From: an uncultured Syntrophorhabdus sp.
Lineage (GTDB): Bacteria; Desulfobacterota; BSN033; UBA1163
DNA length: 64,000 nt
NCBI GenBank assembly: GCA_964477935.1
Contig: CAYZFX010000005.1
Span: 31,384-95,383, forward strand
Direction of reading: 5' to 3'
Positions within the stretch are counted from its first letter, which is position 1, and each line of letters begins with the position of its first letter. A program made the position numbers and the translations under genes. Below, piece by piece: positions 25,726 through 33,850 of the stretch. The notes under the pieces were generated by a model. The model did not search any database and was not told the DNA's origin. It saw only the letters and a program-made list of their open reading frames with translations.

Positions 25726-26172
25726 ATGGATAGATTCATCGTCACATTAGCCACCGGCATCGGCATCGGATACTTTCCCATCTTCCCGGGAACGATGGGG
25801 ACGGTCCTCGCCATCCCCATCGATTACTTCCTTTCGGAGGTTCCCTTTCCCTTTTATGCAATCACGCTTGGCGGTTTTTTCTTTCTCGCGGTCTGGGTTT
25901 CTGAGAAGACAGGGGCCATTTTCGGGAGGAAGGACGATCCGAGAATCGTCATCGATGAGATCGCTGGTTTCTTCTTGACTATGCTCGGGATCCCGAGGAA
26001 GCCCCTCTTTATCGCTGTCGGATTTATCCTCTTTAGATTTTTCGACATTGTGAAACCCCCCCCCATTCGCTTCTTGGAAAGAGCACCAGGGGGTTATGGA
26101 GTTGTTCTCGATGATGTAATGGCAGGCACTTATGCCAATATCCTACTGCGTCTGATATATGCGATCCTTTAA
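25726..26172 (+). CDS. pgpA: Phosphatidylglycerophosphatase A
   Basis: 148 aa starting MDRFIVTLATGIGIGYFPIFPGTMGT…, a PgpA-family membrane protein. The 5' part of the listed ORF (25282-25725) overlaps hisF and is judged non-coding. Confidence 0.8.
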   Translation: MDRFIVTLATGIGIGYFPIFPGTMGTVLAIPIDYFLSEVPFPFYAITLGGFFFLAVWVSEKTGAIFGRKDDPRIVIDEIAGFFLTMLGIPRKPLFIAVGFILFRFFDIVKPPPIRFLERAPGGYGVVLDDVMAGTYANILLRLIYAIL

Positions 26173-26206
26173 CGCCCTTCATCCTCTATTATCATCTAAC
26201 CTAAGA

Positions 26207-26294
26207 GGGTTTGCCGCCGGAGGCGGATCGCCTCTGGCGATTGGCGGGAGGCCTCTCGGTCTCCCTTGTGAGATAGGATGAATCGCTCAATTTT
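26207..26294 (+). repeat. GC-rich ~90-nt repeat element, copy R1, ending 68 nt upstream of pncC in sense orientation
   Basis: About 90% identical to the reverse complement of 29826-29918, and related to 30026-30114. It contains hairpin-forming CCGCC-GGA-GGCGG and GGGAG…CTCCC segments. Confidence 0.6.
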
Positions 26295-26361
26295 GGTCTC
26301 ATTTTATCATTCCGGGGTCGATCCGGCCCCTCTCCCTTTAGAAGGATTTTAGGATAAAGCC

Positions 26362-26868
26362 ATGAGATTAGAGAAAGCCCTTGGAGATCTCCTCAGGCAG
26401 AACGGCTGGACCCTCTCCATCGCCGAATCCTGCACAGGAGGGCTGATCTGCGACCGCCTCACCGATGTTTCCGGGAGTTCGGACTATTTTATGGGAGGGA
26501 TGGTCAATTACAGCAATGAATCGAAGGAAAGACATTTAGGCGTCCCGAGGGCAGATATCAGAAGGTATGGGGCGGTCAGCCCTCAGGTCGCTAAAAAGAT
26601 GGCCCGAGGAGTCCGGAAAGCCTTCGGAACCACCTTTGGATTATCCACCACCGGCATCGCAGGACCCACCGGCGGGACGAGGGAAAAACCGATCGGACTT
26701 GTCTTCATCGGATTGTCCGGGGGGAAAAAGACAATGGTGATGAGGTTAAATCTTAAAGGGGGTCGAAGGAGGATAAAAGAGAAATCGACCAAGAAGGCCC
26801 TGGAATTTCTTTATCAAACCCTTCGTGGGACATCGGCGATAGAGGAAGCGTTCCCTAAACGTTCGTAA
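26362..26868 (+). CDS. pncC: CinA C-terminal-domain protein / NMN amidohydrolase PncC-like
   Basis: 168 aa, …WTLSIAESCTGGLICDRLTDVSGSSDYFMGG…, of the CinA_C family. Confidence 0.75.
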   Translation: MRLEKALGDLLRQNGWTLSIAESCTGGLICDRLTDVSGSSDYFMGGMVNYSNESKERHLGVPRADIRRYGAVSPQVAKKMARGVRKAFGTTFGLSTTGIAGPTGGTREKPIGLVFIGLSGGKKTMVMRLNLKGGRRRIKEKSTKKALEFLYQTLRGTSAIEEAFPKRS

Positions 26869-26940
26869 GGGTTACCTGATGAACTATGGTTGGTTCTCGA
26901 AACCGCTTTCTGAACGAGGACCTGATGTCGCAATCTTCGA

Positions 26941-27447
26941 TTGGAGAGGGACATGATGGAAGGAAGGCCGTTATCCCCCCAGAGGATCCGTGATTTAAAG
27001 AAGGACTATTCACGGGGATTTATCGGAGACGTGGGCTATAAGGCGATCCATTTCGAGAGGGGTTATCTCGAGTCGCGTTTGAAGATTTCTGATCGCCATC
27101 GTCAGCAGGACCATTACATCCATGCCGGAGTCATCGCCACGATGGCCGACCATACCGCGGGATATGCGGCCTTCACCCTCGTTCCGGAGGATCACAGGAT
27201 CCTGACGATCGAGTTCAAGATCAACTTCCTCTGGCCAGCCTATGGAAAGGGCCTCGTCTGTAAATCGAGAATCGTGAGAGAAGGGGGCCAGATTCTGGTG
27301 GGAGAGAGCGAGGTCTTCGACCAGAGGGAGGGGGGAGAGGAGCTGGTCGCCAAGGCCATGGTCACCCTGAGATCGATCCATCAGAGCAGGATCAAACCGA
27401 TCAAAAAGGGCAGGCCCGGGAGGCGCTCTGCCCTCTTCTCCGATTGA
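26941..27447 (+). CDS. PaaI-family hotdog-fold thioesterase
   Basis: 168 aa with a TIGR00369-like motif …HAGVIATMADHTAGYAA…. Confidence 0.7.
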   Translation: MERDMMEGRPLSPQRIRDLKKDYSRGFIGDVGYKAIHFERGYLESRLKISDRHRQQDHYIHAGVIATMADHTAGYAAFTLVPEDHRILTIEFKINFLWPAYGKGLVCKSRIVREGGQILVGESEVFDQREGGEELVAKAMVTLRSIHQSRIKPIKKGRPGRRSALFSD

Positions 27448-27479
27448 ACGAGACAGCTCAATGGGGCGATCCGTCGACC

Positions 27480-28892
27480 CTACAGATTCGTTAAATATTC
27501 GTGAATGGAATTGGCCGCCTTTCTTCCGGCGCCCATGGCAAGGATCACGGTTGCTGATCCCGTGACAATATCCCCGCCTGCCCAGACCCCCTTTTTGGAC
27601 GTCTTTCCAGTCTCCGGGTCCGTCACGATGTAACCCCTCTTGTTCAGCTCGAGGCCAGGTGTGGTGGTGGTGAGAAGGGGGTTCGCGCCGGTGCCGATGG
27701 CGACGACCGCCAGGTCACACTCGAGCTGAAATTCAGAACCCTTGAGGGGAACGGGTCTTCGCCTTCCCGACTCATCCGGTTCGCCAAGTTCCATCCGGAG
27801 ACATTCGACGCCCGTCACCCAGCCGTTGTCATCTCCCAGGAATCGGACAGGGGCGGTCAGCAGATAGAACTGGACGCCCTCTTCCTCGGCATGGTGAATC
27901 TCCTCGATCCGGGCGGGCATCTCGTCCCGCGATCGCCGGTAGATGATCCGGACCGTTTCGGCCCCCAGCCGCACCGCGGTTCTTGCGGCATCCATGGCCA
28001 CGTTGCCCGCGCCGAAGACCACCACATTCTTTCCACGGGCGATGGGTGTGTCGTATTGGGGAAAGAGGTAGGCCTTCATCAGATTGGAACGGGTCAGGTA
28101 CTCGTTGGCCGAGTAGATACCGCAGAAGTTCTCCCCGGGGATGTTCAAAAATGTGGGGAGGCCCGCCCCAAGACCTAAAAAGACCGCGTCGTATTCCTCG
28201 AGGAGTTCATCGACGGTCTCGATCCTTCCAATGACGCAGTTGCATTCGACTTTTACGCCCAGCTGTTCGAGGTAGTTGACCTCTGCCTGAACGATATCCT
28301 TTGGAAGGCGAAATTCGGGGATGCCATAGATGAGGACGCCTCCAGGTTTATGAAGGGCCTCAAAGATCGTCACCTCATGCCCCTTCAGGATGAGGTCTCC
28401 TGCAACGGTCAGGCCTGCGGGACCGGAGCCCACCACGGCGACCTTCTTGCCTGTAGCCGGTGCCTTCTCCGGGATGAAGATCTCTCCCTTCTCCCTCTCC
28501 CAGTCGGCTGCGAATCGCTCGAGACGGCCGATGGCGACGGGCTCATCCTTCTTTCCAACGATGCAGACCTTCTCGCACTGGTCTTCCTGGGGACAGACCC
28601 TGCCGCAGATGGCCGGGAGGCTGTTCCGCTCTTTCAGCTTTCGCGCTGCGCCAACAAAATCGCCCTCCAGGATCAACTTGATGAAGGCAGGGATGTCGAT
28701 CTCGACAGGACATCCTTCGATGCACTTCGGCTTTTTGCACTGGATGCAGCGGCTCGCCTCCAGCTGGGCCAGCTCGGGCGTATAGCCGAAGGGGACCTCG
28801 TTAAAATTTTTCGCCCTCACCTTGGGGTCCTGTTCGGGCATCTTCTGCCTCGGAATCTTTACCCTCTCCTTTTTCTCTTTTTCTTCTGGCAT
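27480..28892 (-). CDS. nfnB: NADH-dependent reduced-ferredoxin:NADP+ oxidoreductase large subunit (GltD-like; also called SudA or glutamate synthase small chain)
   Basis: 470 aa with N-terminal 2x[4Fe-4S] Cys clusters (CIQCKKPKCIEGCP…CGRVCPQEDQCEKVC) and two Rossmann GxGxxG motifs (VVGSGPAGL, VFGAGNVAMD). It is paired with a PyrK-like subunit upstream. Confidence 0.8.
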   Translation of the reverse strand: MPEEKEKKERVKIPRQKMPEQDPKVRAKNFNEVPFGYTPELAQLEASRCIQCKKPKCIEGCPVEIDIPAFIKLILEGDFVGAARKLKERNSLPAICGRVCPQEDQCEKVCIVGKKDEPVAIGRLERFAADWEREKGEIFIPEKAPATGKKVAVVGSGPAGLTVAGDLILKGHEVTIFEALHKPGGVLIYGIPEFRLPKDIVQAEVNYLEQLGVKVECNCVIGRIETVDELLEEYDAVFLGLGAGLPTFLNIPGENFCGIYSANEYLTRSNLMKAYLFPQYDTPIARGKNVVVFGAGNVAMDAARTAVRLGAETVRIIYRRSRDEMPARIEEIHHAEEEGVQFYLLTAPVRFLGDDNGWVTGVECLRMELGEPDESGRRRPVPLKGSEFQLECDLAVVAIGTGANPLLTTTTPGLELNKRGYIVTDPETGKTSKKGVWAGGDIVTGSATVILAMGAGRKAANSIHEYLTNL

Positions 28893-28903
28893 CTCCCTTT
28901 CCC

Positions 28904-29737
28904 CTACCGTCCTAACTCTCTGAACCGATCCATGGAGATCTTCTCTTCGGTCAGATAGGCCCTCTGCCGCTTAATGAGTTCGTCGTAATCGACCAGATGG
29001 CCATCGAATTCAGGGCCATCGACACAGCAGAACATCGTCTTTCCTCCCACGGTGACCCGGCAGGCCCCGCACATTCCTGTGGCATCGACCATGATGGGGT
29101 TGAGGCTGACCATCGTCTTCACGCCGTACACCTGGGTCATCTTGCAGAGGAACTTCATCATGGGCACCGGTCCGATCCCTACCACCAGTTTCACGTCCTT
29201 TCGCTCGTCGAGGATCTGTTTGAGGACGTCGGTGACGAAACCGTGGTGGCCATAACTTCCGTCATCGGTCGTCACCCTCAAATCGTGGCTGGCAGCCCTC
29301 ATCTCGTCCTCGAGGATGAGGAGGTCCTTGGTCCGGGCGCCGATGATGGCGATGACATGGTTTCCTGCCTCTTTAAAGGCTTTGGTGATCGGATAGACGA
29401 CGGCCACGCCCGTACCGCCACCCACACAGACCACGGTCCCGAGATTTTCGATGTGGGTCGGCCTTCCAAGGGGTCCGATAATGTCCTGAATCGTGTCGCC
29501 GACGTTGAAGGTTCTTAAAAGAGCGGTGCTCTTGCCCACGACCTGGAAGATGAGATCGATCGTCCCATGGGCAGGATCGGTCCCCCCCATGGTGAGAGGG
29601 ATTCGCTCCCCGGTCTCGTTGGCCCTCAGGACGACAAACTGGCCAGGTTTTGCCTTCTTGGCGATCCGCGGAGCTTCCACTTTGAAGTGACAGACAGTAT
29701 TCTCGGCCATCTCCCTTTTGAATACGATCTTAAACAA
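28904..29737 (-). CDS. nfnA: NfnA/SudB small subunit (PyrK-like FAD/[2Fe-2S] ferredoxin-NADP+ reductase)
   Basis: 277 aa with an FNR-like fold and a C-terminal Cys cluster (CGACRVTVGGKTMFCCVDGPEF). Confidence 0.75.
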   Translation of the reverse strand: MFKIVFKREMAENTVCHFKVEAPRIAKKAKPGQFVVLRANETGERIPLTMGGTDPAHGTIDLIFQVVGKSTALLRTFNVGDTIQDIIGPLGRPTHIENLGTVVCVGGGTGVAVVYPITKAFKEAGNHVIAIIGARTKDLLILEDEMRAASHDLRVTTDDGSYGHHGFVTDVLKQILDERKDVKLVVGIGPVPMMKFLCKMTQVYGVKTMVSLNPIMVDATGMCGACRVTVGGKTMFCCVDGPEFDGHLVDYDELIKRQRAYLTEEKISMDRFRELGR

Positions 29738-29825
29738 GGCACCTTCCCCTTTCTGAAAAATATTTCACAAAGTCCGCTATTATATAAACCAACCTTTATC
29801 CAATGTCAAATATGGCAATGTCCCT

Positions 29826-29918
29826 AAATTGAGCGATTCATCCTAATCTTATCTCACAAGGGAGAACGAGATGCCTCCCGCCAACCGCCAGGGGCGATCC
29901 GCCTCCGGCGGCACACCC
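29826..29918 (-). repeat. GC-rich ~90-nt repeat element, copy R2 (inverted relative to R1), ending 89 nt upstream of nfnA in sense orientation
   Basis: Reverse complement is about 90% identical to 26207-26294. Confidence 0.6.
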
Positions 29919-30025
29919 TTTTAGAAGGCGAGACGTTGAACATTGGGGTAATGGATCTCGAATTTTCACCCAATCGGTGGTGAGGAAGCCGACCTCAGGG
30001 TTGATTCAACCCCTCATCCGCAGAA

Positions 30026-30114
30026 GCGGATCCCCCTCTGGCGGAAAGGTGGATCGCTCTAAAAGGCTTTTTGGTCCCCCTTATGAGGGATGAAAAAAAT
30101 CGCTCAATTTTAGA
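30026..30114 (+). repeat. Diverged third copy (R3/R4) of the ~90-nt repeat, upstream of the RRM-gene promoter
   Basis: GCGGATCCCCCTCTGGCGG…GGTCCCCCTTATGAGGGATGAAAAAAATCGCTCAATTTT aligns with the R1 segments GCGGATCGCCTCTGGCG…GGTCTCCCTTGTGAGATAGGATGAATCGCTCAATTTT. Confidence 0.5.
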
Positions 30115-30194
30115 AAGTAATTTTTTGGTGAGGGTGGGGTGGTCCCATCGAGGGGCCTCCGGCTTTCTTTGAATCACCGGAGTGAGCGGCCTCC

Positions 30195-30223
30195 TTGACA
30201 CCTTTTGAAATTTCGATTATAAA
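30195..30223 (+). promoter_or_regulatory. Sigma70-like promoter TTGACA-N17-TATAAA for the RRM/rpsU operon
   Basis: Read directly from sequence. -35 TTGACA is at 30195-30200, followed by a 17-nt spacer and -10 TATAAA at 30218-30223. Confidence 0.45.
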
Positions 30224-30277
30224 AAGATAGATCTCACATCATTGAGACACAACTCCCGAACTTAATAAAAAGTTTTT

Positions 30278-30318
30278 GGGAACCCCCAGAGACTCTTTAG
30301 GAAGTCCTGGGGGTTTCC
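30278..30318 (+). promoter_or_regulatory. Stable 5'-UTR stem-loop (GGGAACCCCCAGAGACT-loop-AGTCCTGGGGGTTTCC) immediately upstream of the Shine-Dalgarno of the RRM gene
   Basis: About 15 bp of near-perfect complementarity with no following U-run, so it is not a terminator. Confidence 0.45.
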
Positions 30319-30339
30319 AATTATCGGAGGAGATCGAGG

Positions 30340-30627
30340 ATGAGCCAAAAACTTTACATAGGAAATCTCCCGTTTTCAGCCTCGGAAGAGGAGGTGAGAA
30401 CCCTCTTCTCGGAAGCGGGCACGGTCGAATCTGTCAGGATTATCACCGATGCCTATACAGGGCGCTCCAGGGGATTCGGTTTTGTGGAGATGGCCTCCAG
30501 AGAGGAAGGGGCTAAGGCGATTTCCCTTTTTAACGGTAAGGTCTTTATGGAACGGTCCCTCGTAGTGAATGAGGCAAAACCTCAGAAACGAAGAGAGGGG
30601 GCCTTTAAGGGGAGGCGGAAGAGTTAG
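30340..30627 (+). CDS. RRM-type glycine-tailed RNA-binding protein
   Basis: 95 aa with RNP-2 (LYIGNL) and RNP-1 (RGFGFVEM) motifs. Confidence 0.85.
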   Translation: MSQKLYIGNLPFSASEEEVRTLFSEAGTVESVRIITDAYTGRSRGFGFVEMASREEGAKAISLFNGKVFMERSLVVNEAKPQKRREGAFKGRRKS

Positions 30628-30639
30628 TCCGAAAGACGG

Positions 30640-30852
30640 GTGAGAAGGGAGAGCCCTTTGGAAGTAAAAGTTCAGAACGATCAGATCGAACATGCGATTA
30701 AGTCCTTGAAGCGTCAGCTCGCCAGGGATGGCATCCTCAAAGAGTTGAAGAAGAGAAGGGCCTATGAAAAGCCCTCGGTGAAGAAGAAGAGGAAACAACA
30801 AGAGGCGAGAAGGAGAAGGCAGAAGGCAGCCCGCCGCCGGTTTTCCCGATAG
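30640..30852 (+). CDS. rpsU: 30S ribosomal protein S21
   Basis: 70-aa highly basic protein, …IEHAIKSLKRQLARDGILKELKKRRAYEKPSVKKKRK…. An alternative TTG start at 30658 lies after an AAGGGAGAG Shine-Dalgarno. Confidence 0.75.
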   Translation: MRRESPLEVKVQNDQIEHAIKSLKRQLARDGILKELKKRRAYEKPSVKKKRKQQEARRRRQKAARRRFSR

Positions 30853-30864
30853 GAAGTCACGACC

Positions 30865-31689
30865 TTAGGATGGGTCCACCTCCTCCGTAAGACCATAAAA
30901 GTTTTTCTTATAAGAATCCCTCAGGAGCGTCAGTGACTCTTTGATCTCGTTGAAGGACTGCTTTAACGCCTCATACCTCTGTTCCAATTCCGTCTTTTGG
31001 GCAAGAACCTCCTCGAGACGGATGTGGAGTTCCCGGTTCTCCTCTCTGAAATAGGAGAGCTCCCGTTCGTTCATCCTTCCTTTGATCTTCACCAGCTCAT
31101 TCTGCTCGAGCCGACCTTCCAGCTCACGAATTTGGGCCAAGGCCTCTTCCTTTTCGAGGAGGGCTCTGGAAAGGTTCTCTTTCGTGGCCCTCAACTCCTG
31201 TTGAACCTCACGGATTTTCCGGAGGGCCTCTTCGTTCTCCTCTCTTAGATAGGTCGTCTCGGCGTGGATTGCTTTGAATTTCTGAAGTTCCCCCCTCTCC
31301 TCCTCCAATGCGCGCCTCAAGGCCTGATTCTCCTGGCTGAGCTGACGGACGGTCTTCTGCTGGGCCCTCAGGTCCAGCTCCAGAGCCTTCTGGGTCCGGG
31401 TCGAAACGAGAAGCTGGGTGTGGAGGTCCTCGATCAAACGGAGCACATCCAGCTCCCCCCCGGAGAGAGGGTCGGAGGCCGGTGACGGTTCAGCGGAAGC
31501 CTCCTTCTCAAAGAGGGGCTTGGGCGAATCCATCTCTCGGCGTTCCTCGGACGAGACCTCCTCAAGGGAAAGGAAGCCTTTGGAATCTTCCTGAGTAGGC
31601 GATTCCTCCATCTTCTTCATCCTCGGCATCTTCTCTGCGACGCTGCGATCAAACCCATCGGCCGTCATGACCTGCGTCTTGATCCTCAT
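30865..31689 (-). CDS. Coiled-coil protein; last gene of the RHH-HEAT-ParA operon
   Basis: 274 aa with an acidic/Ser-Pro-rich N-terminal region followed by about 180 aa of heptad-rich, Glu/Leu/Arg/Lys-rich sequence (ELQKFKAIHAETTYLREENEEALRKIREVQQELRATKENL…). Confidence 0.55.
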   Translation of the reverse strand: MRIKTQVMTADGFDRSVAEKMPRMKKMEESPTQEDSKGFLSLEEVSSEERREMDSPKPLFEKEASAEPSPASDPLSGGELDVLRLIEDLHTQLLVSTRTQKALELDLRAQQKTVRQLSQENQALRRALEEERGELQKFKAIHAETTYLREENEEALRKIREVQQELRATKENLSRALLEKEEALAQIRELEGRLEQNELVKIKGRMNERELSYFREENRELHIRLEEVLAQKTELEQRYEALKQSFNEIKESLTLLRDSYKKNFYGLTEEVDPS

Positions 31690-31745
31690 CTCCTGGTTCC
31701 TCCTCTATCTTCTACCAAAGATGGGGATTGGGTCTTCCTCTCCCC

Positions 31746-32084
31746 TCACTTGAGCCTCTCCCTCATATACTCTTCCATGGTCTTTAACATCTCGATGATC
31801 TTCTCCACTTCTGCCTTGACCTTGAGGATCTCCTCGAGGACACGGTTGGCCCTTTTCAGGTCGTACTCCAGAGCCGAGCGCACGGTCAGGGAGGAGCGGA
31901 GCTCTGAATAGAGCGTATGGATGCGATCGGCGATCTCTTCCTTCCGGGAGTCTTCGGCCAATCGCTTGATCGGGGAGATCCCCTTGGGGTCTGAGACATC
32001 CCAGGGTTTTTCGACCGGGTCTTTATTCAGCGTGTTGGGGAATTTTTGAGCAACGTTGTTGGTGAACTCATCGGTCATGTCCAT
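31746..32084 (-). CDS. Small coiled-coil protein
   Basis: 112 aa with a predicted C-terminal helical region (…LEYDLKRANRVLEEILKVKAEVEKIIEMLKTMEEYMRERLK). Its start overlaps the ParA-like stop by 17 nt. Confidence 0.5.
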   Translation of the reverse strand: MDMTDEFTNNVAQKFPNTLNKDPVEKPWDVSDPKGISPIKRLAEDSRKEEIADRIHTLYSELRSSLTVRSALEYDLKRANRVLEEILKVKAEVEKIIEMLKTMEEYMRERLK

Positions 32085-33099
32085 TTCCTTTCGCCCAGAA
32101 AATTTCTTCGATCAAATTTTCGATATCCTCAGCCCCTTTGGAGGTCTGATCGAAGAGGAAGATGGGCTTCCCTTGGCTGGTAGCCTCTGCGATCTTCGTA
32201 TCCTGTCGCACGACCGTGTTGAGAAGATACTTCTTATAATGGGTCTCCAAGGCCTTTTTTGAGCGCCTACAGATTCGATGGGAGTCATTGTAACGGTTCA
32301 AAAAGATGAAGATGTTCTCGAAGACGAAGGAGAAGTCTTCTTCGATGGTGGAAAGGGTTTCAAAGAGGATCTTCAGACCGTGATACGAGAGAAAATCGGC
32401 CAGGACCGGGATGAGGAGGTCATTGGAGGCGAGGATGGCATTGAGGTTCAGTAGACCGATACTCGGAGAGGCATCCATTACGATCACATCGTAACTCTTT
32501 TCCAGTGGGCTGAGAAGCCGCTTCAGCCGGAACTCCCTGGAGTTCATCGAGAAGAGCGAAAGCTCCACGGGCGAGAGGTTCAGGTTCGAAGGGAGGATGT
32601 CGAGCGTGGAGAGATCGGTTTTCACGATAATCTTTTCGATCTCTTCCCTTTCGACCAAAGCGTGGTATAGGGTCTTGGGATAGTGTTCGTTGTTCAGACC
32701 CAGACACTGGGTGAGGTGTCCCTGGGGATCGAGATCGATCAGGAGGACCCTGAATCCCATCTGGGCCAGACGGAACCCGTAGGAAGCCGACAGAGAACTC
32801 TTTCCGGTTCCCCCTTTGAAGTTGAGAAAGAGCTGTTTCCGGATGGAGGAGATGGGAAGGGGAAGGGAGAGGTATTGACGGTAGGTGATCACATCGTCCG
32901 GTTTATAATAACGCTCTTTTCGTTCATTTCTCTTCGGAGGAGGTAGGAGACCCTGAGATTCTTTTTCGAGAAGCTCCGCCTTGGAGATTCCGAGGAGTTT
33001 TGCAAACACTTGGGCCGAATAGACCATATCGCCCAGGATCTGGGCCTTGGGTTGGGCGGGTGTGACGGGTGGAAGGGACATCAATTTTTCAGATTGCAT
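32068..33099 (-). CDS. ParA/MinD-family P-loop ATPase with an N-terminal ~95-aa extension containing a putative MerR/excisionase-like HTH
   Basis: Deviant Walker A FLNFKGGTGKSSLS and Walker A' LLIDLDPQGHLT. The N-terminal segment is …MVYSAQVFAKLLGISKAELLEKE…. Confidence 0.8.
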   Translation of the reverse strand: MQSEKLMSLPPVTPAQPKAQILGDMVYSAQVFAKLLGISKAELLEKESQGLLPPPKRNERKERYYKPDDVITYRQYLSLPLPISSIRKQLFLNFKGGTGKSSLSASYGFRLAQMGFRVLLIDLDPQGHLTQCLGLNNEHYPKTLYHALVEREEIEKIIVKTDLSTLDILPSNLNLSPVELSLFSMNSREFRLKRLLSPLEKSYDVIVMDASPSIGLLNLNAILASNDLLIPVLADFLSYHGLKILFETLSTIEEDFSFVFENIFIFLNRYNDSHRICRRSKKALETHYKKYLLNTVVRQDTKIAEATSQGKPIFLFDQTSKGAEDIENLIEEIFWAKGNGHDR

Positions 33100-33100
33100 C

Positions 33101-33850
33101 TTATCCCTTAGGGCAAAGGGAGGTCTTCGTTAGGGGTCTCTCGAGCATTCGATCCAATTCTTCCCTCGCCCAATGGCGGACCTCCGGATCGGAATCGGTC
33201 ATTGCCCCGAGCAACCGTTCCTCACCTTCCTCGGGGTAGAGAGTCAGGAGAGAGGAGAGAGCTGCTTTTCTCACTCTTGGATCTTTATCCTTCGACATCT
33301 CGATGAGGATCGGAAAGGCGCCCTCGAGCGGATTCCATCCCAGAAGGATTGCCAATTTCCTCCTCAACCACGGGGATTCATCGTTCAAGAACTGCATGAG
33401 AAGATGGATGTCCATCTTTTCTTTAAACCTAAACATCCCTTTCAAGGCCACCATTCTAACCGTCGGGTCAGGGTCCTTCAGGTGTTTTTTGAGAAAAGGG
33501 GTGACGGTGGAATTGTCGAACATGATCAGCGTGGAGAGGGCTTCTGCCCTCACCCCTCCGTCTGGATCGGAGAGAATTTCTTGAAGGAGAGGGAGGGTGA
33601 TCGACAGGTGGGATTTTTCGAGATAGTACCTAACCGCAAGGACCCTCACTTTTGGATCAGGGTGTTTGAGATCAGCTTTTGCCTGTTTCAACCTCTCCCG
33701 GACCGATCGAGACTCCTTTGCCGGTTGATTCGCAGAGGAAGAAGAGCACTCTTGAGACTTCGAAAGATCTGTAGAGGGAGACCGGGAAACCCAGTGGCCA
33801 TCCAGAGGTTCGTTCGATTTCAGATAGATCAGTCGGAAACGGTCAGTCAA
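33101..33850 (-). CDS. HEAT-repeat (PBS-lyase-type) protein
   Basis: 249 aa with about six repeats of DPDxxVRxxAxxxL (DPKVRVLAV, DPDGGVRAEAL, DPDPTVRMVAL, DESPWLRRKLA, DKDPRVRKAAL, DSDPEVRHWA). Confidence 0.7.
   Translation of the reverse strand: MTDRFRLIYLKSNEPLDGHWVSRSPSTDLSKSQECSSSSANQPAKESRSVRERLKQAKADLKHPDPKVRVLAVRYYLEKSHLSITLPLLQEILSDPDGGVRAEALSTLIMFDNSTVTPFLKKHLKDPDPTVRMVALKGMFRFKEKMDIHLLMQFLNDESPWLRRKLAILLGWNPLEGAFPILIEMSKDKDPRVRKAALSSLLTLYPEEGEERLLGAMTDSDPEVRHWAREELDRMLERPLTKTSLCPKG

Noticed and set aside
29738-30339. Small ORFs (68-79 aa) in the nfnA/RRM intergenic region
   Set aside because: They overlap the GC-rich repeat copies and the mapped promoter and 5'-UTR hairpin. They have no Shine-Dalgarno and a low-complexity translation.
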